DNA from: Hyphochytrium catenoides
Taxonomy: Eukaryota; Protista; Hyphochytriomycota
Assembly (NCBI GenBank): GCA_900088475.1
Contig: FLMG01000335.1
Location: 62,001-126,000 of the forward strand
Length of the DNA: 64,000 nt
Direction: 5' to 3'
Shown piece by piece: positions 25,001-39,019 of the stretch. Every line of letters starts with the position of its first letter. Positions within the stretch are counted from its first letter, which is position 1. Both the position numbers and the translations under genes were made by a program. The notes beneath the pieces are model-generated. The model saw nothing but the letters and a program-made list of their open reading frames with translations. It searched no databases and was not told the origin of the DNA.

Positions 25001-28000
25001 AAAGGTGCAATGATTGAGATCTCCCTCGATGTCGTCAAGGGCTCCTCCACGTTTGTACCACCCCTCGGCACGGTAAACGGCAAGGGAGTTCGGGAAGCAG
25101 TTAATGAATGGATTAGGAGCTTCTTACAAATCGCGATGACCGTCAAAAGACTGGACTCTGAGGGTACATATATGAAGGAGATGTTAGAGAACACGGATAT
25201 TTGCATGCTCCTGGCGGACATCAACGACGCGCTTAACAACCATGAAGAGCGGTGCAGTGAAGTAAAAGCCCGATATGATGCATACTCCTTCCTTTGGGCT
25301 TCCAACCTTCAGGCAATCTTTGATAAATTCGTTAACGACGCGACGACGGTCTCCCCATTGGGTACACCTATGTACGACCTGCGCAAGTTCGAAGAAGACA
25401 TTGTTAAGTACAAAGAGATAGAGAAGAGCGCCCAAGAACTGAGTAGCTCCGTAGAACTCGTCTGGCTGCGTGTCAATGCACAACCCATCAAGAACTGCAT
25501 CGCAACTTGGTGCGCTCGCTGGATTGGACAGTACACAGCCTTTCTTCAGTCTCATGTGACCGAGAAACTGAACGCCTTCCAGTCCTTTGGCGTCAGGGCC
25601 AATCAAGGCCTCATGGAGGAAGTGGCAGAGAATGACACTTCTGCGCTGATGCGGGTTATTTCTCATATCAGAGATGTCAGGAAAGCGATGGACACGACAC
25701 AAGAGATGTTCGCCCCGTTCAAAGAGACAATCTTTTTGCTTAAGAATCATGGCGTCAACCTGGATGACACGCGTATCAATAATAAGCCCATTCAGGATTA
25801 TTTGGAGTCTGCGCCAATGGAATGGGAGAGCACCTTGAGTAAGGCCTTTAAGGTAAAAGAGAAAATCTTGAAGATGCAGATGGCCGAGGTGGAGATCATC
25901 AAGGACAAGGTAGAGAAGTTCTTCCTGTCTGTGAGGGAATTCCGGAACCATTTCAGGGCAAATGCTCCATTTGCCTTCTCCGGAGATTGCGACGACGCTT
26001 ACCGGCAGTGCGACGGGTTTTTGCAGAGCCTTAAGGAGAAGATGGAACAAGAGAGTAAGTTGAATGAGCTGGAGGAGCTGTTTGAGCTCCAGGTGTCAAA
26101 GTACCAAGAGATGAACGACACTCTCTTCGAGTTGAAGGTCCTAAAGAATGTATGGGACTTTAAATCCTTGGTGATTTGCACGTTTGAGGAGTGGAAGACT
26201 CTGCTGTGGAAAGACATCGACACCGAGGCGCTTGAAGACCAGACGAAAGCCTTGATGAAGCAATTGAAAGAAATGGGCAACGAGAACCCCATCATCAAGG
26301 GTTGGCAGACGTATCGGGATATAGAGCTTAATGTTAAGAACATGCTTACGGTTCTACCTCTCGTTAATGAGCTTCATAGCCCCGCCATGCGGGAGAGACA
26401 CTGGAAGCAGCTCTCGGCAATCTGCAAGACGAAGGCAATCCGACCTGATAATGGAAAATTTAGTCTTGAAGATCTGTTGATGCTCAAGCTGCACGAGCAC
26501 GTGGACGATACCGCAGAGCTCGTGGAAACCGCAGCCAAGGAGCTTAAGATTGAGAAAAAGCTTGAGCTCATTGAGAAGACGTGGCAGAGGCTCAATATAG
26601 AGTACATTCCTCATAAAGAGAGTGAGATCTGTATACCGAAGGTCTCCGAGGAAGTCATTGACAACCTGGAGACGCACCAGATGGAGCTGCAGACCATGAT
26701 TGGCATGGGGAAGTTTGTGGACTACTTCCGAGACAGGGTCGTGCAATGGCAACAGACTCTAGGAAATGCCGAAGAAATACTGAAGGAATGGACTCAAGTT
26801 AGCAAGCAGTGGGCCTCACTGGAGAGCATCTTTCTTGCCTCTGCGGACATTCGTTCTCAGCTCCCAGACGATACCAAACGCTTCGAGGGTATCGATCAAG
26901 AGTTCAAGGAGATGATGAAGGCAGCAGTGCAGACACCTAACGTGATTGAAGTGTGCTCTGTTGAAAAGTACCATGAGGTCCTTCACGGTCTTACACAGCG
27001 TCTAGAGATGTGCCAGAAGTCTCTGAACGACTACCTTGACATGAAAAAGAAGATATTCCCACGCTTCTACTTCGTCTCCAACGTCGCGTTACTGGAGATT
27101 CTGAGCAACGGGAACAACCCACCAAAGATCTTGCCCTTCCTCTCTGATTGCTACGACTCTCTTGCCTCTTTAAAATTTTTAGATGGCACCACTAACGTTG
27201 CCACAGTGATGATATCAAAGGATAAAGAGACAGTACCAATGCCAGAGAATTTTGTCATCACGGGCGCAGTAGAGCAATGGCTGAACAACCTTACGGACGT
27301 GATGAAGAACACGCTCAAGTATCACATGTTCAATGCAGTCGAGACTGCAGTGAACTGGGAAGTGGAGAAGCCGCGACATCTCTGGCTCTTTGACTACTGC
27401 GCGCAGGTTGTCCTAACAACCACTCAGATCTACTGGACCGAGGAAACCGAGTCGGCATTGGAGGAGTACGAAGGGGGTCAGGAGGACAGCGTCAGGCGCT
27501 ACCTTCAGACATGCAACCAACGACTGAGTGAGCTCATTCGGCTGGTATTAGGAGAGCTGACAAAGTCTGACAGGTGCAAGATTATCGCACTCATTACTCT
27601 GGATGTCCATGGAAGGGACGTCGTTCAAAGGTTGATCGATGAGAAAGTGTCTGGGCCCTTATCCTTCCTCTGGCAGCAGCAGGTAATGCAACTGAAACAT
27701 CTATTGTCCACCAGCGGGCACCTTTGCCGTCTTCATGTCCTATGCCTGTGTCCCCAACGCTTTCTTGTAGCCTTCTAGATACTGGACTCACTCTTTACTT
27801 GCACTCTTTTTCTGCAGCTTCGCTTCAACTGGCAGCAGGACACCAAGGACGTTAACATCAAGATCACCGACTTTCGGAGCAAATATTCGTATGAGTACAT
27901 AGGAAACAGCGGAAGACTGGTTATTACGCCGCTCACAGACCGCTGCTATATCACCCTTACAATGGCACTTCGACTTTTCCTCGGTGGAGCTCCTGCTGGC

Positions 28001-31000
28001 CCTGCCGGAACTGGCAAGACTGAGACTACCAAAGACTTGGCTCGGGCACTTGCTCTTTGCTGCTACGTTTTCAACTGCTCAGACCAAATGAATTATCAGA
28101 CTATGGCCGATATCTTCCGCGGACTTAGCCAAACCGGCACGTGGGGTTGCTTTGATGAATTCAATCGTATCAACATTGAGGTACTTTCAGTCATCGCTAC
28201 CCAAGTTAAGACGGTCCAGGACGCTATCGTTTATATGTCCATACCTGGCAATAGAGCACCAGAGTTCCAAAGTTTACCAGCCGGCACACCACCATACAAG
28301 GTCGGCATGTACACTTTCATGGGCGATACGATATCTCTCATCCCAACCTGTGGCATTTTCATCACTATGAACCCGGGCTATGCTGGTCGTACTGAGCTGC
28401 CAGAAAACTTGAAGGTTCTTTTCCGTTCATGCGCCATGATTCGACCGGACTTGAAGCCCATCTCTGAGAACATGTTGATGTCGGAGGGCTTCCAAGAGGC
28501 AAGGAAGCTGTCGGTCAAGTTTGTGACACTCTACTCCCTTAGTGCGGCGCTTCTTTCTCCTCAGCCTCACTATGACTGGGGTCTCAGAGCTGTAAAGTCT
28601 GTCCTGAGGGTGGCAGGAATGCTGAAGCGTTCAGAACCAAACTTGGCGGAGGAACTCATCCTTATGCGAGCGCTAAGAGACTTTAACACTCCGAAGATCC
28701 CTCATCATGACATCCCCATCTTCCTGCGCCTAGTCTCCGACCTCTTCATGGGCTGCGAGGTGGCGCCTAAACAGAATGATGAGTTGCGACAGAAAGCCAT
28801 CCAGATCGCCAAAGAAAGAAATCTACAGCCTGAAGAAGGCTTCTTACTGAAAGTTTGTCAGTACCAAGAGCTTCTTGACGTACGGCACTCAGTCATGCTT
28901 GTAGGGGCTGCTGGCAGCGGCAAAAGCACCATCTGGAAGACCCTTGTAGGTTGTCACAATCTCGGAAAGGTAAAGCCGGTCGCCATCTATGAGACCATCA
29001 ACCCTAAGGCTGTCACCGCAGACGAGCTTTACGGTTATATGACGCTCACGAAGGACTGGAAGGATGGCGTCCTCTCTATCATCATGCGAGGCTTCTCAAA
29101 GAACTATCACGAGCTGGGCTATCATGAGTACCAAGATTCAAAGTGGGTTGTCTTGGATGGCGATATTGACGCTGTCTGGATTGAGTCTATGAACACTGTC
29201 ATGGACGATAACAAGGTGTTAACTCTGGTCTCCAACGAGAGAATACCATTGAGCGATGCGATGAGAATGATATTTGAGGTGAACACGCTGAAAAATGCTA
29301 CGCCAGCGACTGTCTCTCGTGCCGGCATTCTCTATATCAATGAAGGTGATATTGGCTGGAGACCCTTTGTTGACAGTTGGCTCGCAAGGAGAGAGGCTAA
29401 TGAGAGGAATGTTCTCACGCCACTCTTTAGTAAGTATNNNNNNNNNNNNNNNNNNNNNNNNNNNNNNNNNNNNNNNNNNNNNNNNNNCCGTCTCATCAAC
29501 ATCGTCAGTACCATCTGCTACTTGTTAGATGGCCTTCTCAGCTCAATGGCAGGCATTAAAGAAAAGCCCGCAGAAGTCCTTGAGGCACTTTTTGTCTTCT
29601 CAGCCACATGGGCTTTCGGAGGGCCCCTTATTGTCGATAAGGGTGGCGACTACCGCGCTAAGTTCCATGAGGCCTGGACGCAGGCCTTCCAGTCTCCACT
29701 GAAGTATCCAAAGGAAGGCCAATGCTTTGATTACTACTTTGACCACACCACCAACCAGTTCCTGCCATGGGTTGACAAGGTACCTAAAGTGGCTCCAATG
29801 CCCATCGGCAATGACTCTGGGCAGCTGCCCTTCTACAAGATTGTCATTCCGACTGTCGACACCACGCGACTGACCTTCCTCTTGGATCTTCTAGCATCCA
29901 AGCAACGAGCGGTCATGTTCGTTGGAGGGGCAGGCACAGGGAAGACAACCATTGTGAAGGAATACCTGCGTAGTCTGGACGGCGAGATGCTCTCTGCCAC
30001 GATCCAGATGAACTACTTTACAAATTCTGCCAGTATACAGGAGCAGATTGAAGGGCCCATTGATAAGCGTTCGGGAAAGATCTTTGGCCCTCCCGCGAGC
30101 AAGAAGCTAATATACTTCATCGACGACATTAACCTGCCCTACATAGAGACATACGGTACACAGAATGCTCTTGAGCTTCTACGGCAGCACATTGACTATG
30201 GGAACTTCTTCGATAGAACGGATCTAGGTTTCAGAAAGGAGGTGGTAGATGTGCAGTACGTCTCTGCAATGAATCCCACATCCGGCTCGTTCACTATCAA
30301 CGAGCGCCTACAGCGCTACTTTGCCACATTTGCCTGCATTATGCCGACTAGCCTGGACCTTCAAACAATCTACAATACAATCCTGAAGGGTCATCTCAGC
30401 TCCTTTAGCCCGGTTGTGGCGGCGTTGTCGGAGCAGATCACGCTAGCTACCATCTCCTTGCACGAGGAGGTGAGCCAGAAATTCTTGCCCAGTGCCACAA
30501 AGTTTGTCTATAACTGGAACATGCGGGAGCTATCTAACGTCTATCAGGGCCTCACTCTCGCAAAGGCAGAGTTCTTCACTCAGCCGATAAAGCTAGTTCG
30601 CCTCTGGCTGCATGAATGTCAAAGGGTCTTCGGAGACCGGCTAATCAACGAGGCTGAGAACGAGAAGTTCCAAGAAATATTAAAGGCCTCAGCCATGAAG
30701 TGGTTTAAAGACCATGATGAAGCTTCCCTCTTCGCCAAACCATTACTCTTCACGCAGTTCGCTGTGGTGACTGCGGGTGCACCGGCTTATCTTCCTGTGC
30801 CTGACAATGATCAGCTAAAAAAGGTCTTGGATGCCAGGTTGGCAGAGTACAATGACTCGAATTCTATGATGGATTTGGTACTTTTCGAGGATGCCATGGC
30901 GCACATCTGTCGGATTGTTCGCATCCTGCAGAACCCAGGAGGCAACCCAATGCTCATCGGTGTTGGAGGTAGCGGCAAGCAGTCTCTCTCCAAGCTGGCA

Positions 31001-34000
31001 GCCTTCATTATTGGCTTTGAGACCCGACAGCTTTCGGTCACTTCGAACTTCAGAGTAGATGATCTCAAGGAAGCTCTCAGAGAGATGTACAAGCTGGCAG
31101 CGATTAAGCTGACGCCCATCATGTGGTTAGTGCCTGATACGCAGATTGTCAACGATAAATTTCTCGTGTATATCAACAACATACTCTCATCGGGTTGGGT
31201 TCCCGATCTTTTTGATAGAGACGAGATGGATGGCCTCTTTGCCTCCATTCGCAACGAAGCAAAGGCTGCCGGGGTTTCTGACTCTTCGGACGCTATGCTG
31301 GACTATCTGGTTGGCAGAGCGAAGGCAAACTTTCACGTCTGTCTCTGCTTCTCTCCTGTAGGATCTGTTTTCCGTGTACGTGCTCGACGTTTCCCTGGTC
31401 TTGTTCTTTGTACCTCAATCGACTGGTTCCATCCATGGCCAAGGGATGCGCTTGTTAGCGTAGGTCAGAGGTTCCTAGACGATATTGAGCTCAGTAGCGG
31501 AGAGCTTCGAGATGGCATTGCCAATCACATGGCCGAGGTTCACATCTCCGTCAAACAGATCAGTACAAAGTACCTGGCGGCTCAGAGGCGGTACAACTAT
31601 GTCACACCCAAGAGCTTTCTTGAGTTGATCTCCTTCTATAAGCACCTCCTTACTCAGATGCGCACTCAGCAGCAGAGACTTATTGATAGACTGGATGTCG
31701 GTCTCAGCACACTCAGTAAGACTGCCAAGGACGTGGCGGAGTTGCAGGTGGATCTTAAGCACACAATGGTGAAAGTGGAAGAGAAGAAAGAGTCCACCAC
31801 ACTTCTTCTCGTGCAGATGGAAGAGCAGAAGAATGCCGCTTCCGTGCAGAAGGAGCTCGCCTCCCAGGAAGAGGCCAAGGCTACGGAGGCTTCTCGAATC
31901 GCAGCTCAGATTGAGAGCCAGGCTGAGAACGAGCTAAAGGAGGCAAAACCAGCCATGGATCTCGCTGCGGCGGCTGTGGACTGCCTCAGTAAGGCTATGC
32001 TGACGGAGCTTAAGTCCCTTCCTAAGCCGCCAGCCGGTGTGGATAAGGTGACCAAAGCATGTCTAATAATGGTTGAGCAGGAGTACAAGGACCACAAATG
32101 GGACCGGGCCAAAAAGATGATGGCGCAGGTTGATAGGTTCAAAGAAACGCTGCAGACCTACGATGGTCGTACCATCCCGGAGGAGGTTGTTGAGATGATA
32201 GAACCTCTCGTGAAAGACCCGGAGTTCAGCTACGAGAACATGGCATCAAAGTCTGCAGCAGCTGCCAACCTTTGCAATTGGGTTGTCAACATTTTCAAGT
32301 TCAATCGCATATACGTCAAGGTCAAGCCTTTAATGGACAGTTTGGAAGAAGCCCGGAGGAGCAAAGCAGCCGCTGAAGAGACCTTAGGTAACGCTCGCGC
32401 CAAAGTGGCCGAAGTAGAAAAGCAGTTGCAAGAGCTGCAGGCAAAGTATGACTCAGCCGTGGAAGAAAAGGCCAAGGTCGAGGCCGAGGCAAAGGCCTGT
32501 TTAGAACGTCTAGACCTTGCTGAGCGTCTTGTTAATGGACTAAGTTCCGAGAATAAGCGATGGGGCGATGAGATTCAGGCGTTGCGGGAGGGGGCAATCA
32601 GTCTTACTGGAGATGGTCTACTCGGCGCAGCCTTCGTGTCATACATTGGGGCATTCGATCAACAGTACCGCAATGAGCTTTGGAAGAACTCCTGGATCCC
32701 GGATATGCAGGCTAGAAATATCCCTCTTTCCGCCAATGTAGACCCCTTGAATGTATTGACCACAGAAGCAAAGACAACGAAAATGCTCTCACAGGGCCTG
32801 CCTGCAGACCGCATATCTATTGAAAATGGAGCAATCATTTCAAACTGCAAGCGCTGGCCTCTCATCGTCGATCCACAGCTCCAGGGCATTAAATGGCTTC
32901 GGACCAAGGAGGAAGGCACTGGGAAGCTCACTGTTGTCCAGCTCACACAGCCGAACTGGGCCAGGCAGCTGCAGAATGCCATTACCAACGGAAGTTGCGT
33001 GATCATTGAGAACGTAGGGGAGGACCTTGACGCCACGCTAGATCCTATCCTTGCTCGCGCCGTCTATAAGAAGGGACGGACATTGCTGCTGAAGATTGGA
33101 GGAGAAGTGGTAGAATACGACTCCAATTTCAGACTTTACCTACAGACAAAGCTCTCAAACCCTCATTATAAGCCTGAGATTGCAGCTCAATGTACCATTA
33201 TCAATTTTATCGCTACGGAGATGGGTCTTGAAGAACAGCTGCTCGCCAAAGTAGTGAAGATGGAGCAGAATGAGTTGGAAGCCCGAAAGCAGAACCTAGT
33301 CCAGGCTTTTCAGACGTACAAGATTCAGCTCGTAGAGCTTGAGGATCAACTCTTAGAACGGTTGGCTAACGCTCCTGAGGACATCTTATCCGATATCCCT
33401 CTCATTGAAGGGCTTGAGGCTACTAAGGCAGCTGCGGTCGAGATCAGCAAAGCTGTGGAGAAAGGAAAAGAGACAGAGATAGCTATCAACCAAGCGAGAG
33501 AAGTGTATCGCAGGGTAGCCTCTGAAGGCGCGATGCTCTACTTCTTACTGACAAGTCTTTCTACAATCGATCATATGTACCAATATTCTCTCGATGCCTT
33601 CACTGATTTCTTCAGGAAGGCCGTGGAGCGAGCCGAGCCTGGAGAGACACAAGAGCAGCGTGTGCTAAACATCAGAGAGAGTCTGCGCTTTACCATTTAC
33701 ACCTGGGTAAGCAGAGGGCTTTTCCAGTCTCACAAACTCATCTTCCTCACTCAGTTATGCTTCAATCTCATTCGACGGAAAGTTCTGCCTAATGTTGAGG
33801 TCAGCGAGAATCATTTCCAATTCCTTCTACGTGGGCCTAAGAAACTTGGGGTCGAGAATCCTCTTCCCTGGCTGCCTACGCCGCAGTGGAACGCAGTGCA
33901 GGCCCTTTGTGACCTTGAGGAGTTCAACCGGTTCTCAGCTGACCTAGTTGATGCTGCAGCTCCGCGTTTCCGCGAATGGTACAATCACACCACCCCGGAG

Positions 34001-36007
34001 ACTGAAAAGCTGCCTTTGGACTGGGCCGGTCTCGACCGCACACCATTCCTGAAGCTTCTGGTGGTTCGCTGTCTGCGACCGGATCGTTTGACGGCTGCGG
34101 TTAGTAAGTTTGTCGAGGAGGTGCTTCCAAACGGTTCAAAGTATGCCAACTGCGACGCCGCCCTCTCTATGGGAGAGATTATGGACCAATGCAGACAGGA
34201 CTCCACCCCAGCCACACCGCTGTACTTTATTCTTTCTCCCGGTGCTGATGTGGTTGGAGATCTAGATCGTATGGCAGCAAGAAATGATTATGTCAAGGGA
34301 GAGAGCTATCACAACGTCTCTATGGGGCAAGGACAGGATATAGTGGCCATGGAGCGGTTAGAACAGGCTCATCGCAACGGCCACTGGGTGCTGCTGAACA
34401 ACATCCACCTCATGCCGCGATGGATGATTGAACTGGAGAAAAAGCTAGATGAGTTTGCTCTGGAAGGCTCTCATCAAAAGTTTCGTCTCTTCCTAACATC
34501 AGAGCCATCGAAGAACATCCCCATTGGAATCCTTAGCCGAAGTATAAAGCTCACCAATGAGCCACCATCTGGTCTAAAGGCCAACCTAAAGCGGGCATTA
34601 GCTAGCTTCAGCAAGGAATACATAGATGACTCTGACGCTAGAATGAAGAGCATTCTCTTTGGACTTTGTCACTTCCACGCTGTGATGATGGAGAGAAAGA
34701 TGTTCGGTCCATTGGGCTTTAACATGATGTACCCTTTCTCTCTCGGAGACCTGAGAGATTCGGCGGTCTGTCTCAGTAACTATATGGAAAACTCAGCCGG
34801 AGGAAAGATACCTTGGGCAGATCTGAAGTACATATTTGGAGAGATTATGTACGGCGGTCATATCGTTAATGACTTTGACCGGCTGCTGGCCAACACTTAT
34901 CTAGACTTCTTCATGAAAGATGAGTTGCTGGACGAGACCGAGCTCTTCCCCTTTAACGAGGAAGAGAAAGGAGCGTCTTTTATCTCGCCTGCGCCTACAT
35001 CCTACGATGCCTACTATGAATACATTGATCAGAACCTGAAAGGAGAGACGCCAGTGGCCTTTGGACTACATCCCAACGCTGAGATAGACTTCCGCACAAC
35101 ACAGTCTATTAACCTCTTCGCCACCCTGTCAGATCTGCAGCCAAGCGATGGAGCAGCAACAGAAGGCTCGCTATCTCCTCAGACAGTGGCAGAGACTATG
35201 CTTAATGAGATTCTTGAGCGCTTCGGTGATAAGAAGTTTGATACTGAGGAGGTAATGCGCTCTTTAGAAGAGCAAGGTCCCTACCAGAACGTCTTCCTCC
35301 AGGAATGTGTGCAGATGAATAATCTCCTCTCAGAGATTCTTCGCTCTCTTCGGGAGCTTGCTCTCGGATTTGCAGGAGAGCTGACTATGTCCGATACAAT
35401 GGAAGCTCTCTCCGATGCTCTTTATAACGACAAAGTGCCAAAGGAGTGGGCTAAACAAGCTTGGCCGTCGCTGAAGCCCCTCGGAGGCTGGTTGCATAAT
35501 ATGTCTCTCCGGATTGCACAACTAGAAGAATGGATCCAAAATCCTATGGAGATACCTCGGGCAACTTGGATTTCGGGTTTGTTCAACCCGCAGTCCTTCC
35601 TAACTGCTATCTGCCAGGTGACGGCACAGAGGAATCAGCTAGAGTTAGACAAGCTAGTGATACAGACAGAGGTGACCAAGAAAGTGACGGTGGCGGAGCT
35701 CGACAGCGCGCAGAGAGGAGATCTTGTCTACATTCAGGGGCTATCGCTTCAAGGTGCATCTTGGGATATGGCGGGATCAGTCATAGAGCGCGCAAAGCCC
35801 AAGGAAATCTTTTGCGCCATGCCGATCATAAGCTGTCGCGCTATCCCCTCCGACAGGATAGACAAGACAGGAATCTTTGATGCCCCTTGCTACAAGACGG
35901 AGCAGAGAGGACCGACCTTTGTCTTCTGCGCTCAATTGAAGACTCGGTCGCCTCCCGCTCGCTGGATTCTGGCTGGCGTTGCTCTCATCATGGAAACGAC
36001 AGGCTAG
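22013..36007 (+). CDS. DNAH9: Axonemal outer-arm dynein beta heavy chain (DNAH9/11/17, Chlamydomonas ODA4 type), ~4510 aa; exons 22013-22158, 22249-22603, 22841-27682, 27818-36007
   Basis: DHC tail; P-loops GPAGTGKT, GAAGSGKS, GGAGTGKT, GVGGSGKQ; CFDEFNRI; MNPGYAGRTELPENLK; stalk/MTBD; C-terminus APCYKT...WILAGVAL. EKPRHLWLFDYCAQV is typical of the beta class. Exon lengths sum to 13533 nt (4511 codons), including a 50-N gap. Confidence 0.97.
29438..29487. other. Assembly gap (50 N) inside the dynein CDS
   Basis: Run of N; the frame is preserved on both sides. Confidence 0.99.
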
Positions 36008-36576
36008 ATATGGGAGACATTTAGGGCAAAAGGCAGCGCGCGGATAAGGGATCTCCTAAGAGTTTAAGGGTATTGGGTCTACTTGGTCAAAGGGGAAGTG
36101 ATAGAACAGTCGAATGTAGTTTGTAGGCATTAGTTTATAGTTTATAAAAGTTAATGGAAGAACGTCTATCCTCTCCCTTTTCTTCAGCAACCGTCATTGC
36201 CGCCTGAGAAGGCTAGAATCAGCACAGGATCAATGCTTGTGAAGCTCTGAAGCGACAAGAGGGGGATGGGTTAGCGAGAGCATCGCATAAGAGAAGAGGC
36301 AGCTATGTGAAGACCGTTTCATTATGAAGGGCATTCCTGACCACAACATAGAGCTCTAACGGAATAAATATTTCAGCTGAGGGACCACATGTTGCCACCA
36401 TGAGCATTGTGGCCCATCTATATAACAGCTGAGGTGACTGCTACAAGCATTCAAGGCCGTGAGGGATCGCTAGACCAGAGTGATGTCCTCTCCATAGTTC
36501 AATGAATCCAGTCATAGGCTCTCTATCCCTCTTTCGCCGTCTCTGGCTTTCGTTTTGGCTTGTGTTCCTTTCAGTC

Positions 36577-38214
36577 AATCTTCCTGTCGACAGCCTGCTA
36601 GATACTGAATGTCTCGTTGGGTCTTTAGCTGCTCTTGGAGAAGCATCCGCTCCTGGAGCCTAATGATATTAAGACGGACCTCGCGGATGGACCTAAGTGC
36701 CTGTGTAGGCAGAAGGGAAATGCAATTAGGCAACCTCTTTATGGGGAGAATTACAATGCTGACAGAGAAGGCGGAGATTAGACAATCCGGTACCTAAAGA
36801 GCCATAGCCCGGGATAATTGGAGGGTGACTGATAGACCACAAGCAGTGAGAACTTGTTCTTTGAAAAAGGTCTCTCTTCCCACATCATTCATCCTTTCAC
36901 AAGAAAGACGCCCATCTATACCTGCTCATGAACTTCCTCTAAAACATCGAGCTGTCCCATGCTAAGCTCATGCAGTCCAACGTTACCGCAGGAGGCTAGA
37001 AGATCTCTACATGTCAGGGCCACAGCCTGTGTCCGAGGATGGCAGTTTTCCAGCATCCAATGGAGCTGGATAGGTAGAATGCAACAGACAGTCATCGAGA
37101 TGAGGTTAAGTCAAAGATGGGGACTATATAAGAAGATCAGATTAAGTCTGCCAAAGACAAACAAAATACACTTTCGCCTGCAGTAGACATTCTTGCTCGT
37201 TGTAGAGCGACGCTCCATATGCTCCATACAGAATAGCACGAGACTCGAAAAGAGAAGCAAAAGGAATATTTGAAGTATGAAGTTACTGAACCAGAGAAAT
37301 ATCGGAAAGAGGTACCTCGTCGGCTGCTGGCTGGGCCAATCTGACGCCATAATCCAAAGCATCACTCCCGGATTGGCCTTGTTTTGGTTGAGGGTCTCTT
37401 CCCGGGCCCATTGATCGTTCCCTGCCAACGATGTTCTTCGGGTCACCGACGCAACTCCTAGACTTGGCTGGGATTATGCGAACATGAGCGCGAATAACGA
37501 CTCCCATCCTAGTCAGTTAAAATCTCTAATGAGCTGTCCACAAAATATATCTGTATCACTTTCGATACCGCTCCTGCTCATTGTCATTTGTCGTCGCTGT
37601 GGCTAAGATCTGAATGACCACTATTCACCTAATTTCGAACTCTTTTCCCAGAATCTTTGTCGTACCTCGCTTAGTCGCGGACTGTGGTTGTGATGTCCCT
37701 GAGTCGGTCCTGGCTGCGGCATCAATATAGCGAAATTCCTACGTCCATTAGACCCTTGAGGTCATGTTATAGCACGTTTTCAGAGTCCACGAAGTCGTTG
37801 TACCTGGTCGCTCTTTTCCTCAGCCTCAGCCAGCCCTTGTGGTTGCCTACGCTTGGGGGTTGTAGGAAGATTGGAGTGAGGAGGCAGAAGTGGAATTCCA
37901 CTCCCCTCTTCAATCTTTGGTAGGGGTCGCTCTTCGCCTGCAACGATGGAGGCATTTGTGCTCAAGATGGGAGTCGTCTGCGAGATGTGGGATGTAGTGG
38001 TGGTTGTAGATGGTGGAGAAGTGGCACGGGATGCGTTTTGGCTGTCTAGTTGTAGAGTCCTTTTCCCTTTTTTCTCGGTCGCGGGCTGGGCACGGGGCGG
38101 CGAAGCAGACGCTGAAGAGGTACGTTTACCTTGCCGCGCAGCCGCCTGCGCTGCTGTGGCTGAGGCAGCTTGCGTAGCCGCTGCCATAGATGGGTCTTTC
38201 GGTCCCTTGTACAT
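36577..38214 (-). CDS. Hypothetical exons, probably the 3' part of the ankyrin gene (low-complexity region, then coiled coil)
   Basis: ORF 38214-37780 is Ala/Thr-rich. Exon ~37075-36921 LHWMLENCHP...GLHELSMGQLDVLEEVHEQ splices in frame to ~36702-36577 ALRSIREVRLNIIRLQERMLLQEQLK...QED*. Confidence 0.55.
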
Positions 38215-39019
38215 GCCGCCTCTGTCCTTCTCCTCTTCTTTCCCTAGTGTGCGGTGGTCAGTCTGGTGACAGTCCCAATATGCACATGGTACTTACAAGG
38301 TTGCCGACTCGGTTTGGCCTGCCTAATATCCTTACGCGGTAGTTGGGACTCCAGACTTGAGGCTAGCAGTATGGAAGGCGGTTAAAACGTTTGCTGGATG
38401 GTTGATCCTGTTCCCCTTCAAAACCCTTATTCATTTATGCCCCCCATTGCAGCGGCCCCTTATTAGCACCCTTTCATCGGACTAACCATCTTTCTCTTTC
38501 TTCCCAGCAAGTCCGTGCAATACCGCAGATGAAGATGAGGCTCTCTGCTTATTTATTCCGGGTGAGGAGTTTGAGGTAGTCAACATCTTCTCAAATTGTC
38601 TGCCTAAGTGGGAAGGGCTGTGCCAGCACCAAGGTGTACCAGAGGTCTTGCGTAAGTTGACAGCGCAAAGCATAATAATTTTGGATGCGGTGCGAAAGAT
38701 CTCAACCAAGAACAGCCTAGTGGTTTGCACCAAAAAAGAAAAGCCCATTTGACTCACAGGAAGAAGTAAATAGGTACCCTATCCAAGAATGATACGGCAA
38801 GAACCCTCAGTCATACCGGCGAATGACAGTGGTCCAATCATTGTCCGGACTCTGGCTGGGAAGCTCCTCCTCCTTCTGAGCAGTTGAAGGTTGTTCCTTG
38901 GTCCCAAGCGAGGACGATGGAGAGCTGATCGCCTCGGGTGCCCCTGAAGAAGCGGGAAGATTCATTAGCTTAAGCTGCATGTCCCACCCTTTTGGCGCGG
39001 GCAGAGCTGTGAATAATCG

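Noticed and set aside
22780-35880. Many antisense or off-frame ORFs within the dynein gene (e.g. 25184-26050, 288 aa)
   Set aside because: Shadow ORFs of a long, codon-biased CDS, with no recognisable motifs.
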